A DNA stretch of 64,000 nucleotides from an uncultured delta proteobacterium (GTDB taxonomy: Bacteria > Desulfobacterota > Desulfobacteria > Desulfobacterales > Desulfatirhabdiaceae). The stretch is from contig CAWBKP010000011.1 in NCBI GenBank assembly GCA_963789395.1, positions 1 through 64,000 of the forward strand, read 5' to 3'. The notes under the pieces are model-generated. The model had not been told where the DNA came from. It was given only the letters and a program-made list of their open reading frames with translations, and made no database searches. Both the position numbers and the translations under genes were made by a program. Below, piece after piece: positions 32,019 to 43,212 of this stretch (positions are counted from its first letter, which is position 1; every line of letters begins with the position of its first letter).

Positions 32019-34286
32019 TCAGACGGTCAGGCGCTTGTAGATTGCCGGCAGCAGGCCGGGCAGCATCTCCACCCGGGGCACGATGATGCTCTGGGTCTCA
32101 GGGGCGATGCGCCGGAGGTAATCGGCGCTTTTGGGGTCCGAAGTGATGATGAAGGGATGGATCCGCTTTCTTCTGGCCTCCTGAATGGCTTTATGGGTAT
32201 CGGCAATGGCGTAGTCCAGATTGCCGTATTCCAGATCATACGGCCGGCCGTCGGTCAGAATCACCAGAATTTTAATGGCGGCGTCTTCGCCTTCCAGTTT
32301 GTAGATCGCATGCCGCACCACGGCCCCCATCCGGGTCAGGCCCGCAGGTTCTAAATTTCCAAGCCGGTAGCATGCCCTGTCGTCGTAAGCTTCGGAAAAA
32401 TCCTTTACCTGAATCAAATCGATTCGAAAACGCCCGTCCGAACTGAACCCCAGAATGGCGTACGGGTCACCCAGGGCATTCAATGCTTCGGCCATCAGCA
32501 CCATGGCCTCCTTCTGAATATCGATCACCCGGCGGTTGTCCACTTTTTCTTCCGTTGAAGCGCTCAAATCAACCAGAAAGAGAACCGCCACATCCCGGAC
32601 CCGCTTGTCCCTGCGGATATACACATTTTCGGACAAGTGCGAGCCGGAGCGCATATCCACCCAGGCTTCTATCAAGGCATCGATGTCCAGATCGTCTCCT
32701 GCGGGCTGGGCCCGATATTTGCGGAACTGCTCGGGCTTAAGCCGTGTAAACTGCCGCTGAATCAAGGAAATAAGCCCATGGCGCTGTCTGCGCAGATTTT
32801 CGACAAACGGGTTTGCATCCTCCGCGGCAATGCGCTGGCGAACCAGACACCAGTCCAGTTTGTAATCAGCCAGGTTTGCATCCCATTCTCTGTAAAGAAA
32901 TGTTTTGACGGTATCCGGAAGGTCTTCCGCATCCGGGGACAGAAACTCCAGATTGCCGATCATACCGGCCAGCATCTGCGCCAAGGCATCGGGGTCCCGA
33001 TCCCCGTGTGCCATGAGCTGACCGATCAGCATTTCCACCAGTGCCGGCGGCAGATCCTCATAGTGATCGGCGACTTTTGCCTTGATGCCGTCAATGGTGG
33101 CATTGGTCTGGCTGATCAGATCCGGCAGGATATCCCCCCACCAGGGCAGGGGCACGTCCAGATATTTGACAGCCCGGAAAGGGTAACCTTCCGGAAGATT
33201 GCCCTCCGCCAGTCGATTCATCTCGGATACGATGGCCGGAAGCTTTTGCACCAGACGCTTGTCGGCATACATGTGAATATATACCGGATCAAAAAAAATC
33301 CTGCCGGATTCTTCTATAAAACCACTACGATCCACCAGCATGGCCTGATGAAGCGCCATGAGCTTCATCAGGCCGAAAGTGGGCACCACTTCCGGCAGGA
33401 AAATAAACCGCCCGTCGGTTGCAGCACCGCCAGTGAATCCCTGATGGCTGTAAAGAATCGTGTTGGAGCGGATCTTGACCGGATGTGCCAGAAGTGCTTC
33501 GCAAATCAGGCTAAGGGTATGGGTGCGATCCTTGAGCGCAACACCGGAGGCCAGTCCGTCCCTGGCCTGCAGCGCCTTTAATGAGCCGGCATCGAAATAT
33601 TTAACGAGTTCCTGCTCCGTTTTTGCAGAAGCCAAACCGCCACTGACCCATTGGGATGTTTCTTCATCGGTCAGCAGCAGGCAGGCCCGGTTGCCGATAT
33701 CAATAAAGGCTTCGGCAGCGGCAGCGGATTTGGCAGCGATACGGCCGGCCTGTTCCAGAAAAAAATCCCAGCGCGCCAGCGAAAATCCGCAATGAAGGGC
33801 AGCCGATTGTTTCAGGTAGGCAGACACCGCCTGCCACATTCCGGGAGTTTTGGTCAGGGCCGAAAGCGCCTGGCTGCCCCAGGGAAGAATTGCATCGATT
33901 CCAAGCTTTTCCATCGCAGCAGGCGTAAGATTCAGAAAATTCACGCCCACGTCGATATCCCGTGATGCCAGTTTAAAGGCCAGATCGATCCATTTTTTGA
34001 GAAACCCCTCATCTGCCGGTAAAACGCTGAAAGCAGTCACACAGGGCTGGGTCAAGGCCCAGTTCTGCTCGGTAATCGCTACAATGTCCGCAAGCATGAC
34101 TTCCCCGCAGGGATGGTTTTTCAAAGACCGGATGGCGGTAAGTGCCTCTGAAAAAAACACAACGGCTTTTTGAAGGCGCAGATGGGACACACTCTCGCAC
34201 ATCCGCTGATATGCACTGCGGTCAACATCGCTCAAGTTATCCAGAAGATCCGGATTGGCGGCAAGGAATTCGGTAAAAATGCTCAT
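32019..34286 (-). CDS. NorD/CbbO-type VWA-domain protein
   Basis: [24 protein letters not shown] motif, TRMG, LTDGRP. Confidence 0.88.
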   Translation of the reverse strand: MSIFTEFLAANPDLLDNLSDVDRSAYQRMCESVSHLRLQKAVVFFSEALTAIRSLKNHPCGEVMLADIVAITEQNWALTQPCVTAFSVLPADEGFLKKWIDLAFKLASRDIDVGVNFLNLTPAAMEKLGIDAILPWGSQALSALTKTPGMWQAVSAYLKQSAALHCGFSLARWDFFLEQAGRIAAKSAAAAEAFIDIGNRACLLLTDEETSQWVSGGLASAKTEQELVKYFDAGSLKALQARDGLASGVALKDRTHTLSLICEALLAHPVKIRSNTILYSHQGFTGGAATDGRFIFLPEVVPTFGLMKLMALHQAMLVDRSGFIEESGRIFFDPVYIHMYADKRLVQKLPAIVSEMNRLAEGNLPEGYPFRAVKYLDVPLPWWGDILPDLISQTNATIDGIKAKVADHYEDLPPALVEMLIGQLMAHGDRDPDALAQMLAGMIGNLEFLSPDAEDLPDTVKTFLYREWDANLADYKLDWCLVRQRIAAEDANPFVENLRRQRHGLISLIQRQFTRLKPEQFRKYRAQPAGDDLDIDALIEAWVDMRSGSHLSENVYIRRDKRVRDVAVLFLVDLSASTEEKVDNRRVIDIQKEAMVLMAEALNALGDPYAILGFSSDGRFRIDLIQVKDFSEAYDDRACYRLGNLEPAGLTRMGAVVRHAIYKLEGEDAAIKILVILTDGRPYDLEYGNLDYAIADTHKAIQEARRKRIHPFIITSDPKSADYLRRIAPETQSIIVPRVEMLPGLLPAIYKRLTV

Positions 34287-34317
34287 CGGGCAACGTGTGA
34301 AATCAATAGAATCCGCA

Positions 34318-35164
34318 TCAGAAGATACCCGACACGATTTCGGCGATGGCTTCCTGCATCTCGGCATCGTCGGACATTGCCCGGGTTACGGCAACATTGC
34401 AGGCCGTGGCCGGAGAAAGGCCATCGGCAATCAGCTTGCCGGCATACACCAGAAGACGGGTGCTGATGCCTTCCTCCAGGCCGTGCTGTCTGAGGTTGCG
34501 GACCATTTCTCCCAGACGGACCAGGCGATCGGCCGCCATCTTTGTCAAGACCGCTTTCTTTCATGATGATCGTCCGCTCGATGTCCGCTGACGGATACCC
34601 GAACTCGATTGCCAAAAACCGCTGGCGCGTGGAATGCTTCAACTCTTTCATGACGCTCTGGTAGCCGGGATTGTAAGAAATCGCCAGCATGAAATCCGGA
34701 TGGGCTTCCAGAATGAGCCCCCGCTTTTCCTGGGGAAGAATCCGGCGGTCGTCCGTCAGGGGATGGATGACCACGGTCGTGTCTTTACGGGCCTCCACCA
34801 CTTCATCCAGATAGCAGATGGCCCCGTGTTTCACGGCCAGGCTCAGCGGACCGTCCTGCCAGACCGTTTCATCTCCTTTCAGGAGAAACCGCCCGACCAG
34901 ATCCGAGGCCGTCAAATCCTCATGACAGGCGATCGTCACCAGCGGCAGGGAGAGTTTCCAGGCCATGTGTTCCAGAAAACGGGTCTTTCCGCAGCCCGTG
35001 GGTCCTTTCAACATCACGGGAAGCTTGAGTTTGTAAGCTTTCTCGAAAACGTCGATCTCATCGTCAATTGGAACATAAAAGGGTTCGCTGCGGATGTGGT
35101 AATCTTCTATGGCAATGCCATTCTGCTTTCTTGGGGCTTCCATCGGCGGTGTATCATACTCCAT
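34318..35164 (-). CDS. CbbQ/NirQ/NorQ MoxR AAA+ ATPase (frameshift near 34540)
   Basis: [38 protein letters not shown]-terminal '[11 protein letters not shown]' in shifted frame. Confidence 0.92.
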
Positions 35165-35167
35165 TAA

Positions 35168-35250
35168 AGGTTATAGGGTGATAGGTTATAGGTGATGGGT
35201 GATGGTTTCTTTTTCCCTCTTACCTATGACCCATCACCCATGACCCCTTT
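35168..35250. repeat. Intergenic inverted array of degenerate 7-mers
   Basis: TAGGTTA-TAGGTGA-TGGGTGA-TGG ... CCTATGA-CCCATCA-CCCATGA-CCC. Confidence 0.6.
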
Positions 35251-35253
35251 TCT

Positions 35254-36294
35254 TTAATATTTCCCGTAAAGCTCCGCAGCCTCCATCATCGCAATGGCAT
35301 TCATCAGGCTGCCGTTGGGGGGAAACTCGCAACCGGTAGACAGGATAAACCCGCCGTCCTTGCCCAGTTCCTCGATCTGTTTCTTGCATTCCACCTTCAT
35401 TTCCTCCGGAGTGCCCAGAAATGCGTATTGGGCCGGACTGACATAACCGACAAGAGTCGTCTTTTTGCCGTATTTCTGTTTACATTCCGCCATGTCCTTG
35501 CAGTCATCTGGCGGATAAGCATAAGAAATGGCTATGGGCTTCATCGTCTCTATCTGTGCATCGAAATAAACACCATTTCCGCAGTTGTGCACCATGGTCA
35601 TACAGCCGGCTTCCACGATGGCATCGCCCAGAATCTTGGTAAAGGGGCCCTCGATCTCCATCCACATTTTTTTGCTCATGATGCACTGGGAGGCAAACAG
35701 GGTATCCAGAACGATCGCATGAACGCCTGTTTTGGCCATTGCCTTGATGTAATCTACCAGAACAGGCGTAATAATCTCCTGTGCATGAATAACCGCTTCC
35801 CGGTTTTTGTAGCAATCCCGGAAAAGGACTTCCGCACCGCGCATCATCGAGAGGATGCCCAGCGGCCCATAAACAAAACCCATAATAGCTACGTTTTTTG
35901 CGCACTCATTGGCCACGATGTCCATATACTTGAGAACTTCTTTCATTCTCGGGGCCTTGGTCGGATCCACCGGCTGGATTTTATAATAATCATCCGGAGT
36001 CTTAATGAATGAATCATTATAATCGGGGTGCGGCGTATCCTCGATCGGAAAGACCATTTTCTGTCCGAAATCGGCCGCTTCCACGGACAGATCCACCAGA
36101 CCCAGAATGCCGTCAAACCCGACCAGCTTCTGGGCCTGTATCATGGATTTGGCCATCAGTTCGCCGTCCTGTGCCCATTCCGCATAGGTCACGCCGTAAA
36201 CCCGACGGGAAGCGCCGCAGATCAGCGGAGCGGCAGGGACGCGATCGGGGATTCCACCTTGCAGGACAGTTCCAATTCTTTCTAACGGTGTCAT
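35254..36294 (-). CDS. URO-D/MtaA family methyltransferase 4
   Basis: PDRVP, DLSVEA, GPL, VHNCG, STGCE. Confidence 0.9.
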   Translation of the reverse strand: MTPLERIGTVLQGGIPDRVPAAPLICGASRRVYGVTYAEWAQDGELMAKSMIQAQKLVGFDGILGLVDLSVEAADFGQKMVFPIEDTPHPDYNDSFIKTPDDYYKIQPVDPTKAPRMKEVLKYMDIVANECAKNVAIMGFVYGPLGILSMMRGAEVLFRDCYKNREAVIHAQEIITPVLVDYIKAMAKTGVHAIVLDTLFASQCIMSKKMWMEIEGPFTKILGDAIVEAGCMTMVHNCGNGVYFDAQIETMKPIAISYAYPPDDCKDMAECKQKYGKKTTLVGYVSPAQYAFLGTPEEMKVECKKQIEELGKDGGFILSTGCEFPPNGSLMNAIAMMEAAELYGKY

Positions 36295-36461
36295 GGTGAT
36301 ACTCCTTTCTGTAAGTGCTTTGTTTGGTTTGTTCAGTTAGCAAAAAAACACAACCGGTAAGTGAGGATAAACAGTTTCTATTTGAGCATGGTAGACAGGT
36401 TACAATAATTACGGGATAAGCATTCGTCGTCTTTGCCGGGGTCTTGCTTCATTCAAAATCT

Positions 36462-37059
36462 TCACGGGGTTCCCATAACCGCGTCCATCACTTGGTTAAC
36501 GCCAACATTAGCGGGTACACTGAGTGGCATCAGAGAACCTGCATGGTCTTTGACTCTTTGCTCGATTTCATGGATACCGTGCGCATCCATGAGATCAGAC
36601 TGAGCAAGCGCAACCAGATCGGCATCTTTCATCTGGCCGATCATCAGAAACGATCGGTCCTGCCACTGGGAATCAAACTCGGGCCCGTTAACCAGGGTAA
36701 TCATCGGCCCGATCTCGTAGGAAATATCCCGCCGCCCCATGGCCATCACATTCCTGAGTTCCTGAGTAACGACCATTTCAGACGGTTCGATAAACAGAAA
36801 ATCCGGATCATGATTTCGCTTGAGTTCTTTTTTCAGGGCGACCAGACTGGCCGCCAGGGAACAGCCCACTCATCCGCCGCGGAGAAACTCAGCAGTAACA
36901 TTATATCGCCGGAGAAAGTCGGCATCGTAAGACACCTCGCCATCTTCATTGACGATAACGGCACAGTTTTGATCCTGCGGATGACAACCGGGCAATCAGT
37001 TCCCGGATCAGGGTCGTTTTGCCGCTGCCGCGCATGCCGGAAATATTCACTACCTTCAT
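36462..37059 (-). CDS. CobW/HypB-like GTPase, predicted selenoprotein (TGA at 36870-36872; frameshift near 36970)
   Basis: MKVVNISGMRGSGKTT, AVIVNEDGE, FLRGG-TGA-VGCSLA, FIEPSE; ATGA overlap with upstream gene; hairpin follows the TGA. Confidence 0.82.
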
Positions 37060-37562
37060 GCGTTCTTATCCGGGTCCAGTTGTTCGGAAAGCTGTTTGAT
37101 ATAATCCTGTTTGGATGCGGTGAAATCGAACTCATCGAAATACGTGTGTTCTTTTTCTTTCACCACAAAAAGCCCGTGCTGTCCGGCCACATCATGCATC
37201 CCCTCCAGGGTTGCAGCCTTCACGGCGTCTTCGGGAATGCCCTGAACAATGCTGTTGATGGCGATAAAGACATCGCGAACCGGGTGTGAGAGCCGACCGG
37301 AGGAATAGCTGCCGTGACCGACGCCGATGGTGTCCGCCTTGATCGTTCCGGCTTCGGTTCGCAGATGGGATTTGATGTGGCCGATACATTTTGCACCCAG
37401 TTCCATGCATTTGCCGGCAATGACAATCATCATGTTTTCAGCCATGGATTTGACAAAATCTTCGGTCATGGGCTCGTTGCGACTGATCTTGGCGGCAACG
37501 CCATAGCCGCTGACACCATGTTCCGTGTAACAACCAGGGCTTTCCTCGGGTGAGTTGGACAT
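37056..37562 (-). CDS. Conserved hypothetical protein between two CobW GTPases
   Basis: 168-aa ORF with IGHIK motif; translationally coupled to neighbours. Confidence 0.7.
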   Translation of the reverse strand: MSNSPEESPGCYTEHGVSGYGVAAKISRNEPMTEDFVKSMAENMMIVIAGKCMELGAKCIGHIKSHLRTEAGTIKADTIGVGHGSYSSGRLSHPVRDVFIAINSIVQGIPEDAVKAATLEGMHDVAGQHGLFVVKEKEHTYFDEFDFTASKQDYIKQLSEQLDPDKNA

Positions 37563-37567
37563 CGGCT

Positions 37568-38182
37568 TTACACCTCCCAGTTCAGTATGAGATCGGTCAG
37601 CTCGTCAACCCCTGTTTCAGTAAACGAAGACAGGTGAAGCACCCTGGCTTTCGGGTTGATCTCCCGGACCCTGGAGACAGATTCTTTCACGGCCGCTGCA
37701 TCCACGGCATCCACCTTGCTGATGGCGATCACATCCGCATCCTTGACCTGGGTCGTGACAAGCTGTCCGAGCATATCCATATCCAGGAGTTCCGCGGGAC
37801 GGGTGGCATCAAACAAGACGATTGCCGGCCCGATGGCAACTTTTGCATCGCGGCCGCTCATTCTGGCGGCCAGACTGACCTGATGGGGCACGGCGACGCC
37901 CGTTGGTTCAACCAGAACATACTCCGGGGCGAATTCCCGGTATAACTGATAAATCGTTTTGGCAAAAGTGGCCGCGACTTCACAGCAGATGCAGCCGCCG
38001 CCGATATCTTTCATCATCATCCCGCTTTCCTCTATCACTTTTCCGTCAACGGGGATTTCTCCGATTTCGTTCACAACCAGCGCCACCTTGCGGGCCCCCC
38101 CGGCTGCCAGATTCCGGGAAAGTTTAAGCATCAGGGTCGTTTTTCCACACCCCAGAAAACCGGCGATCTGAATTATTTTCAT
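37568..38182 (-). CDS. CobW/HypB-like GTPase (G-domain only)
   Basis: AGFLGCGKTT, NEIGE, GGCICC, EPTG, SKVD. Confidence 0.9.
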   Translation of the reverse strand: MKIIQIAGFLGCGKTTLMLKLSRNLAAGGARKVALVVNEIGEIPVDGKVIEESGMMMKDIGGGCICCEVAATFAKTIYQLYREFAPEYVLVEPTGVAVPHQVSLAARMSGRDAKVAIGPAIVLFDATRPAELLDMDMLGQLVTTQVKDADVIAISKVDAVDAAAVKESVSRVREINPKARVLHLSSFTETGVDELTDLILNWEV

Positions 38183-38467
38183 ACCTATTCTCCTGTGACG
38201 CATTTATAAATCTAACATTCCACTTGATTTATGATCAGAATGACACATAACAACAAGTGAGTAAATGCAAACTATCAGTTATTAAATAGGTATATTTATA
38301 TACCTTATATAGCCGGAGAAATAATGAATACCAATAAATGATTATGATTCAGGGGAGTTGTTTCGTGATTCAATTATCGGAGAGGGGGATGGGCAAATAA
38401 CTACAAACCATTCACCGGGCTGTAACCCGAAATCGGCCAGCCCTGGGAAAAGCCGCTCCATCCGTCA

Positions 38468-39322
38468 TCAATGAGAACTGGCTTGGAACAAGGGCCTGGA
38501 AGACAGCAGGTTGTACAGATTCACTTTTCGTCCGCGCAGGCCCAGTTTTTTCCGGATATTACGGCGATGGACCTGCACGGTCTCAAAAGAAATATTCATC
38601 AGATCGGCGATTTCCTTGCTGGAATGGCCTTCCTGAATAAACTGGCACACCCGGATTTCAGAGCGCGTCAGCTTCAGAAACCGTCCCTCCAGCTCCCTGG
38701 AGAATCCCTTGGTCAGATTGATTAACTGCTCCCGCATGATGTAAAGATAACTGTTGCGGATCTCGGTGTTAACTTCGGTCCTGACTTTTTCAATCGCCGG
38801 AAGCAGAACAGTTTCGATTTTGTGGGAAATCCCCCCTTCCAACCCTTTTTTTTCATTTTCAAAAGCCTTCATCAGGTTTCGAAGGGTGATGTACAATTCC
38901 CGGCGCTGTGTTTTCTCCTGACGCAGGAGGTCCTGCAACGCCACATGTTCGGTCTGATCCCGAATCACAAAACAGAAGACCGGGTGCTCCGGCAGGGACA
39001 GACGTTTGACGGTGATGCCCACTGGAAAGATCTGACCATCCGCCCTGACCCCTTTCATCTCGCCTTTCCAGCTTCCGGAGTCCCGCAGGTCTTGAAGAAT
39101 CCGGCACAACACAGGTCTGTCAGCTTCATCAAACAGAGACAGGCAATCGATGCCGATGATCCGCTCGTATGGCAGTTCATGGATGGCGCTGGCGCTGCTG
39201 TTGGCTTCCACCACGTTGAGAGACGGGTCCACAAACAGAATGCTGTCCGTGGTATCAAAAAGAAGTTCACGCAGTATGGCTTCCAGTGAAAAGGCAGGAT
39301 ACTGGATGCTTGCGGTCTGCAT
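38468..39322 (-). CDS. PAS plus LuxR-HTH transcriptional regulator
   Basis: PAS (ANSSA...WKGE...RADG); LTRSEIRV...SKEIADLM...VHRRNIRKKLG. Confidence 0.88.
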   Translation of the reverse strand: MQTASIQYPAFSLEAILRELLFDTTDSILFVDPSLNVVEANSSASAIHELPYERIIGIDCLSLFDEADRPVLCRILQDLRDSGSWKGEMKGVRADGQIFPVGITVKRLSLPEHPVFCFVIRDQTEHVALQDLLRQEKTQRRELYITLRNLMKAFENEKKGLEGGISHKIETVLLPAIEKVRTEVNTEIRNSYLYIMREQLINLTKGFSRELEGRFLKLTRSEIRVCQFIQEGHSSKEIADLMNISFETVQVHRRNIRKKLGLRGRKVNLYNLLSSRPLFQASSH

Positions 39323-39343
39323 CAGGCTGTTGCAGGGAGGACG

Positions 39344-41028
39344 TCATGAACGATATTTTGCCTCCTGCGGGCTGCGGCAAGAAACACATCCTTGTTCCGG
39401 TACAGAATGTTTGTTTTTAAGGCAGGCAAGGTTTTCCAGCGCTTCTTCAATCGTCAGCGGAATCGGAGCGCTGCCCGTTGAACAGGCGCCCAGTTCCTGA
39501 AAAAGCCGGGTCAGCAGTGGCGGCTCCAGCCGTGAACCCTCCAGGAGCGCGCGGTCCGTCAGAATTTCACGGGGAGTGCCATCCGCGACAATTTCTCCCT
39601 GATCCACAATGATGACCCGTGTGGCGATCATAGAGGCGATGTTGATATCGTGTGTCACCATGATCAGTGTATACCCGTGATGGCTGTTCAAATGCCGGAT
39701 CAGGCGGATAAGGTGCCGGGTGGATGCCGGATCCAGGCTGGCGGTCGGCTCATCCATCAGAATCAATGGCGGCTGCATGGCAATGACACCGGCCAGGCCT
39801 ACCCGCCGCATTTCGCCGTGGCTGAGTCTGTGAATCGGCCGATGCGCCAGATGGGAAACCTCCATCAGATCCATGGCAGCGGCCACCCGACGATCCACTT
39901 CATCCGCATCCAGGCCAAGATTGACAGGACCGTAAGCCACATCTTCCCGCACATGCGTACAGAAAAGCTGATCGTTTGGATCCTGAAAAAGAATTCCGAC
40001 CTGCCGGAAAATATCCTGTTGGCCGCTGGAATCCAGGGTTTTTCCGCACAGGGTGATATTCCCGCTGTCAGGATGAATAATTCCCGCTATCAGCTTGAGA
40101 AGAGTGCTTTTACCCGCACCATTTGGCCCGCAGAGAGCCACTACTTCCCCTTGCTGGATAGTCATCGACAGATTTTTAAGCGAACGGGTTTCGGCATACC
40201 GATGAGACACATTGGTACATATCAGCACCGGCAAAGATGGATCGCTGAGGGTCGGGGTGATATTGCAGCGGTTGGGGCAGGAATCATCTTCGCTTGATTC
40301 ACACCCTGAAACTGAATCCTTTTTTTCGGCAAGCTGCCCTCTGGCAAACATGGCATGCTGAATCCGCAGAGAACGGTCATAAGATCGCAGGATGACCTGT
40401 GATAAAATCCGGCCAGTGCTATGATAGCGATTGATCCATCCGCGAAAACCACCCCGCGACACGGCGGATATTTTCATGCGATGAAATTCCTCCCACAATA
40501 ACCCGGCGTATCGATACGCCATGGCGGTGATATCCAGGAGTATGACCGGCACCCGGAACCATCTTAACGACCCCATAAGGGTGGTAAACGGCGTGGTCAA
40601 AAACACGGCTGCAATCCAGGTCATATCACACGCCACCCGTGCCGCTGCACCCATTCCGAGCCGAACTCCCTCCTGGTAAATGGTCATGGGACCCACCTGG
40701 TAAACCGGCGTCACGCCGAACCCGACGGAAAACCCCACAAACACGACCAGTGTCGCCCAGGCCGGCGCCAGAAAAAAAACACAACCTGTCGCAAAGGGAT
40801 CCTGGAAAACAGCGTAACAATCGCTCCCAGAACCAGAAGAAGCACGGACAGCCAAAGCCGGGCCATCAAAATATTGATCCCGATCGCCGCAGCCAGCAGC
40901 ACCAGTTTCAGGCGCCCATCCCAGCGGTACAGGCCATGCCGTGGAAGCTGGCCTGTATGACCGTCCATCATTCCGGCATATTCAGTATGCGGGTTGTTCT
41001 GGAGCATGAATTCCTGTTCTCCTGCCAT
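39344..41028 (-). CDS. Fused ECF cobalt transporter T component plus ATPase (CbiQ-CbiO; frameshift near 40780)
   Basis: DGRLKL, YRY, SRGG, ARG; then GPNGAGKST, FQDPNDQL, LSHGE, MDEPT in one frame. Confidence 0.82.
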
Positions 41029-41116
41029 GCAACTCAGACAGCATAAATGGGGTTACGTTTGTCTTTGAAAGCGTCCGCCCGTCACTACTTGTTATTTAAA
41101 CGCTGAATCCCGGTCT

Positions 41117-42137
41117 TCAGATGTCCCGGCACTGCAACCGGGTCCTTCCCCAGAGCAGATCCCAGTATCGACCCAGAACAAACCCGCAGATACCCCCTGC
41201 CGATAAAAGCAGAAGATTCCACAAATCCCCCATGCCTTCCGTTTTCAGATATGGCTCACGGGACGGTCGCCCGGCTTTTTCTGCCATAGCTTCATTGACT
41301 GCCTCATCCATGCCGGAAAATTGCGATGCATTGTTAACAACGGACTGCTCCACGCCTGCACCCGAAGCTGCCGGCACGGCAGCTTCGGACAATGTGACAT
41401 CCCCAGCCACATATAACAAAGATAATCATCAACAGAATAATGAACAGGGAGGAATTTCCGGCATTCTTTCGGGAAAGAATACCCAGTGAAGCCAGAATTT
41501 CAGGTCGCTGCTTACCGGCGTAATGAAGTGCCATACCTGTAATCAACGCTTCCCCGATGGCGATGGGCAGCTGTGTGGGAAGATAGGCGGAATAAATAAC
41601 CAGCAGATAGCCACTCAGTGAATATTGAGGGGTTGGGGCATTGACAAGCGTTGTACCGAGAATCATTCCGGATGCGCCATACACCATGACGTCCCCGACC
41701 AACCCGCCTAAAAAGCCCGCTGCCAGCAGGGGAAGGCCGAGCTTGCGCATGAACCGGAAAATCCACCAGCCGAAGAAACAGCCGAAGAAGCCCAATGCCA
41801 CGACATTGGCACCCCAGGTGCTGAAACCGCCATGCGCAAAAAATGCTGCCTGAAGCAGCAGGCTGATTCCGGCCAGGACAATGCCGATGGATGGGCCCAG
41901 CAAAATGCCGATGAGCGGCGTAGCGCAGGGATGGGAACAGGTCCCCGTGAAAGCCGGAATCGGAATCAGCGAAAAGAAGAAAATAAGCGCTGCACCCATG
42001 CCCAGAAGCGGCTTATTCTCCGGGGCTTTGCGGACAAAAACGTTTATCCGCGATACCCCCCAGGCCATCAGGGACACTCCGGCAGCCGTGTAGAGTGCCG
42101 CGTCCTTCCCGACTATAATGCCTTCACTGATGTGCAT
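41117..42137 (-). CDS. cbiM: Cobalt ECF S component CbiM with CbiN-like C-terminal part (frameshift near 41415)
   Basis: MHISEG, GTCSHP, AHGG, TQLPIAIGE; downstream 'FSGMDEAV...AGR...EPY...LLLSAG...GFVLG'. Confidence 0.85.
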
Positions 42138-42216
42138 ACTCTCTCCCGGTCCAACAGACCTCAAACTCCCAACGGTTTATTTGTCATCCATCCAAGAAAA
42201 AAGGCGTGATCTCGAC

Positions 42217-42786
42217 CTAATATTTCCAGAGGTCTTCGGCAATTCCCGTCACATGATTCAAGTAGCGGGCCAGCGTAAACAGGTAGTCACTCAAACGGTT
42301 CAGGTAAATCAGCGGAAATCGCAAATGCTTCGGCGCCTCTCCGAATCCGATCTGAAGCGAAAGCCCCACCACATGACGTTCCGCCCGCCGACAGACGGTT
42401 CGGGCGAGATGGGCCATGACAGCCGATAAATGCCCGTTCGGGACAATGAATCCGGTTAGATCCGGCAAACCGTTCTGCAGCGCATCAATGGCGGTTTCCA
42501 GGTCTTTCACATCCGCTTCGGTTATTTTGGGAACTTTTTCAACAGCCGCCGAGTCCCTGGATGTGGCGATATATGCACCGATTTTCATCAGGTTGGATTG
42601 AATCCGATGAATTTCAGAGACGATATGACCACAATCAGGCGGCAGCAGCGTCTTGATGCCGCCGATTGCGGAATTGAGTTCATCCACATCGCCGCCGGCC
42701 TCCATGTAGGGGTGGCTCTTGGTTACCCGCTCACCGCTGTAAAGGCTGGTTTTGCCCTGATCTCCAGTACCGGAATAAATTTTCAT
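42217..42786 (-). CDS. PduO-type ATP:cob(I)alamin adenosyltransferase
   Basis: KIYSGTGDQG, DELNS, ARTVCRRAER, YLNRLSDYLF. Confidence 0.92.
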   Translation of the reverse strand: MKIYSGTGDQGKTSLYSGERVTKSHPYMEAGGDVDELNSAIGGIKTLLPPDCGHIVSEIHRIQSNLMKIGAYIATSRDSAAVEKVPKITEADVKDLETAIDALQNGLPDLTGFIVPNGHLSAVMAHLARTVCRRAERHVVGLSLQIGFGEAPKHLRFPLIYLNRLSDYLFTLARYLNHVTGIAEDLWKY

Positions 42787-42933
42787 CCGTTTTCCTCTCC
42801 TTTTTGTTTCAGATTTTTTATTAAGGATAACACGATATTTCCCGCGGACAAAGCCGCTTCAATCAACTACAGCAACACTGAATCGTGAAGAATCGTTGTA
42901 ACGATAACGATGAACCGGTTGCCGCGTTCAATT

Positions 42934-43212
42934 TCAAGGCTGGGCCCTTGCGGAAAACATCGCGATTTTTTCAAATTTTTTCATCAGATCCCGGGTGGTG
43001 AACGGCTGCTGTCCTTCGGTGGCCATGTAGAATTCCATATCTTTGCACTGTGACTGAACGCGTGCCAGAATGGCGATTCTGTCTTCATCCGTCAGGGCGC
43101 CTTTTTCTGCCAGATGTAAATTCAGGGCGGCATACCAGGCATTAATCAGGGTTACGGCATAAAGGGGTCCCAGCCAGTTTGGTTTATCGGAAAAATCGAC
43201 CATTCTTTTCAC
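42934..43212 (-). CDS. Hypothetical protein
   Basis: 92-aa ORF with GAGG upstream. Confidence 0.5.
   Translation of the reverse strand: MKRMVDFSDKPNWLGPLYAVTLINAWYAALNLHLAEKGALTDEDRIAILARVQSQCKDMEFYMATEGQQPFTTRDLMKKFEKIAMFSARAQP

Noticed and set aside
3098..36294. Pyrrolysine (UAG) methylamine methyltransferases
   Set aside because: No MttB/MtbB/MtmB-like ORF, pyl gene or in-frame TAG read-through was seen.
3928..36294. hemE (true uroporphyrinogen decarboxylase) for the four URO-D-fold genes
   Set aside because: They lack the RQAGR motif, carry xxCG/GC zinc-type motifs and lie beside corrinoid genes.
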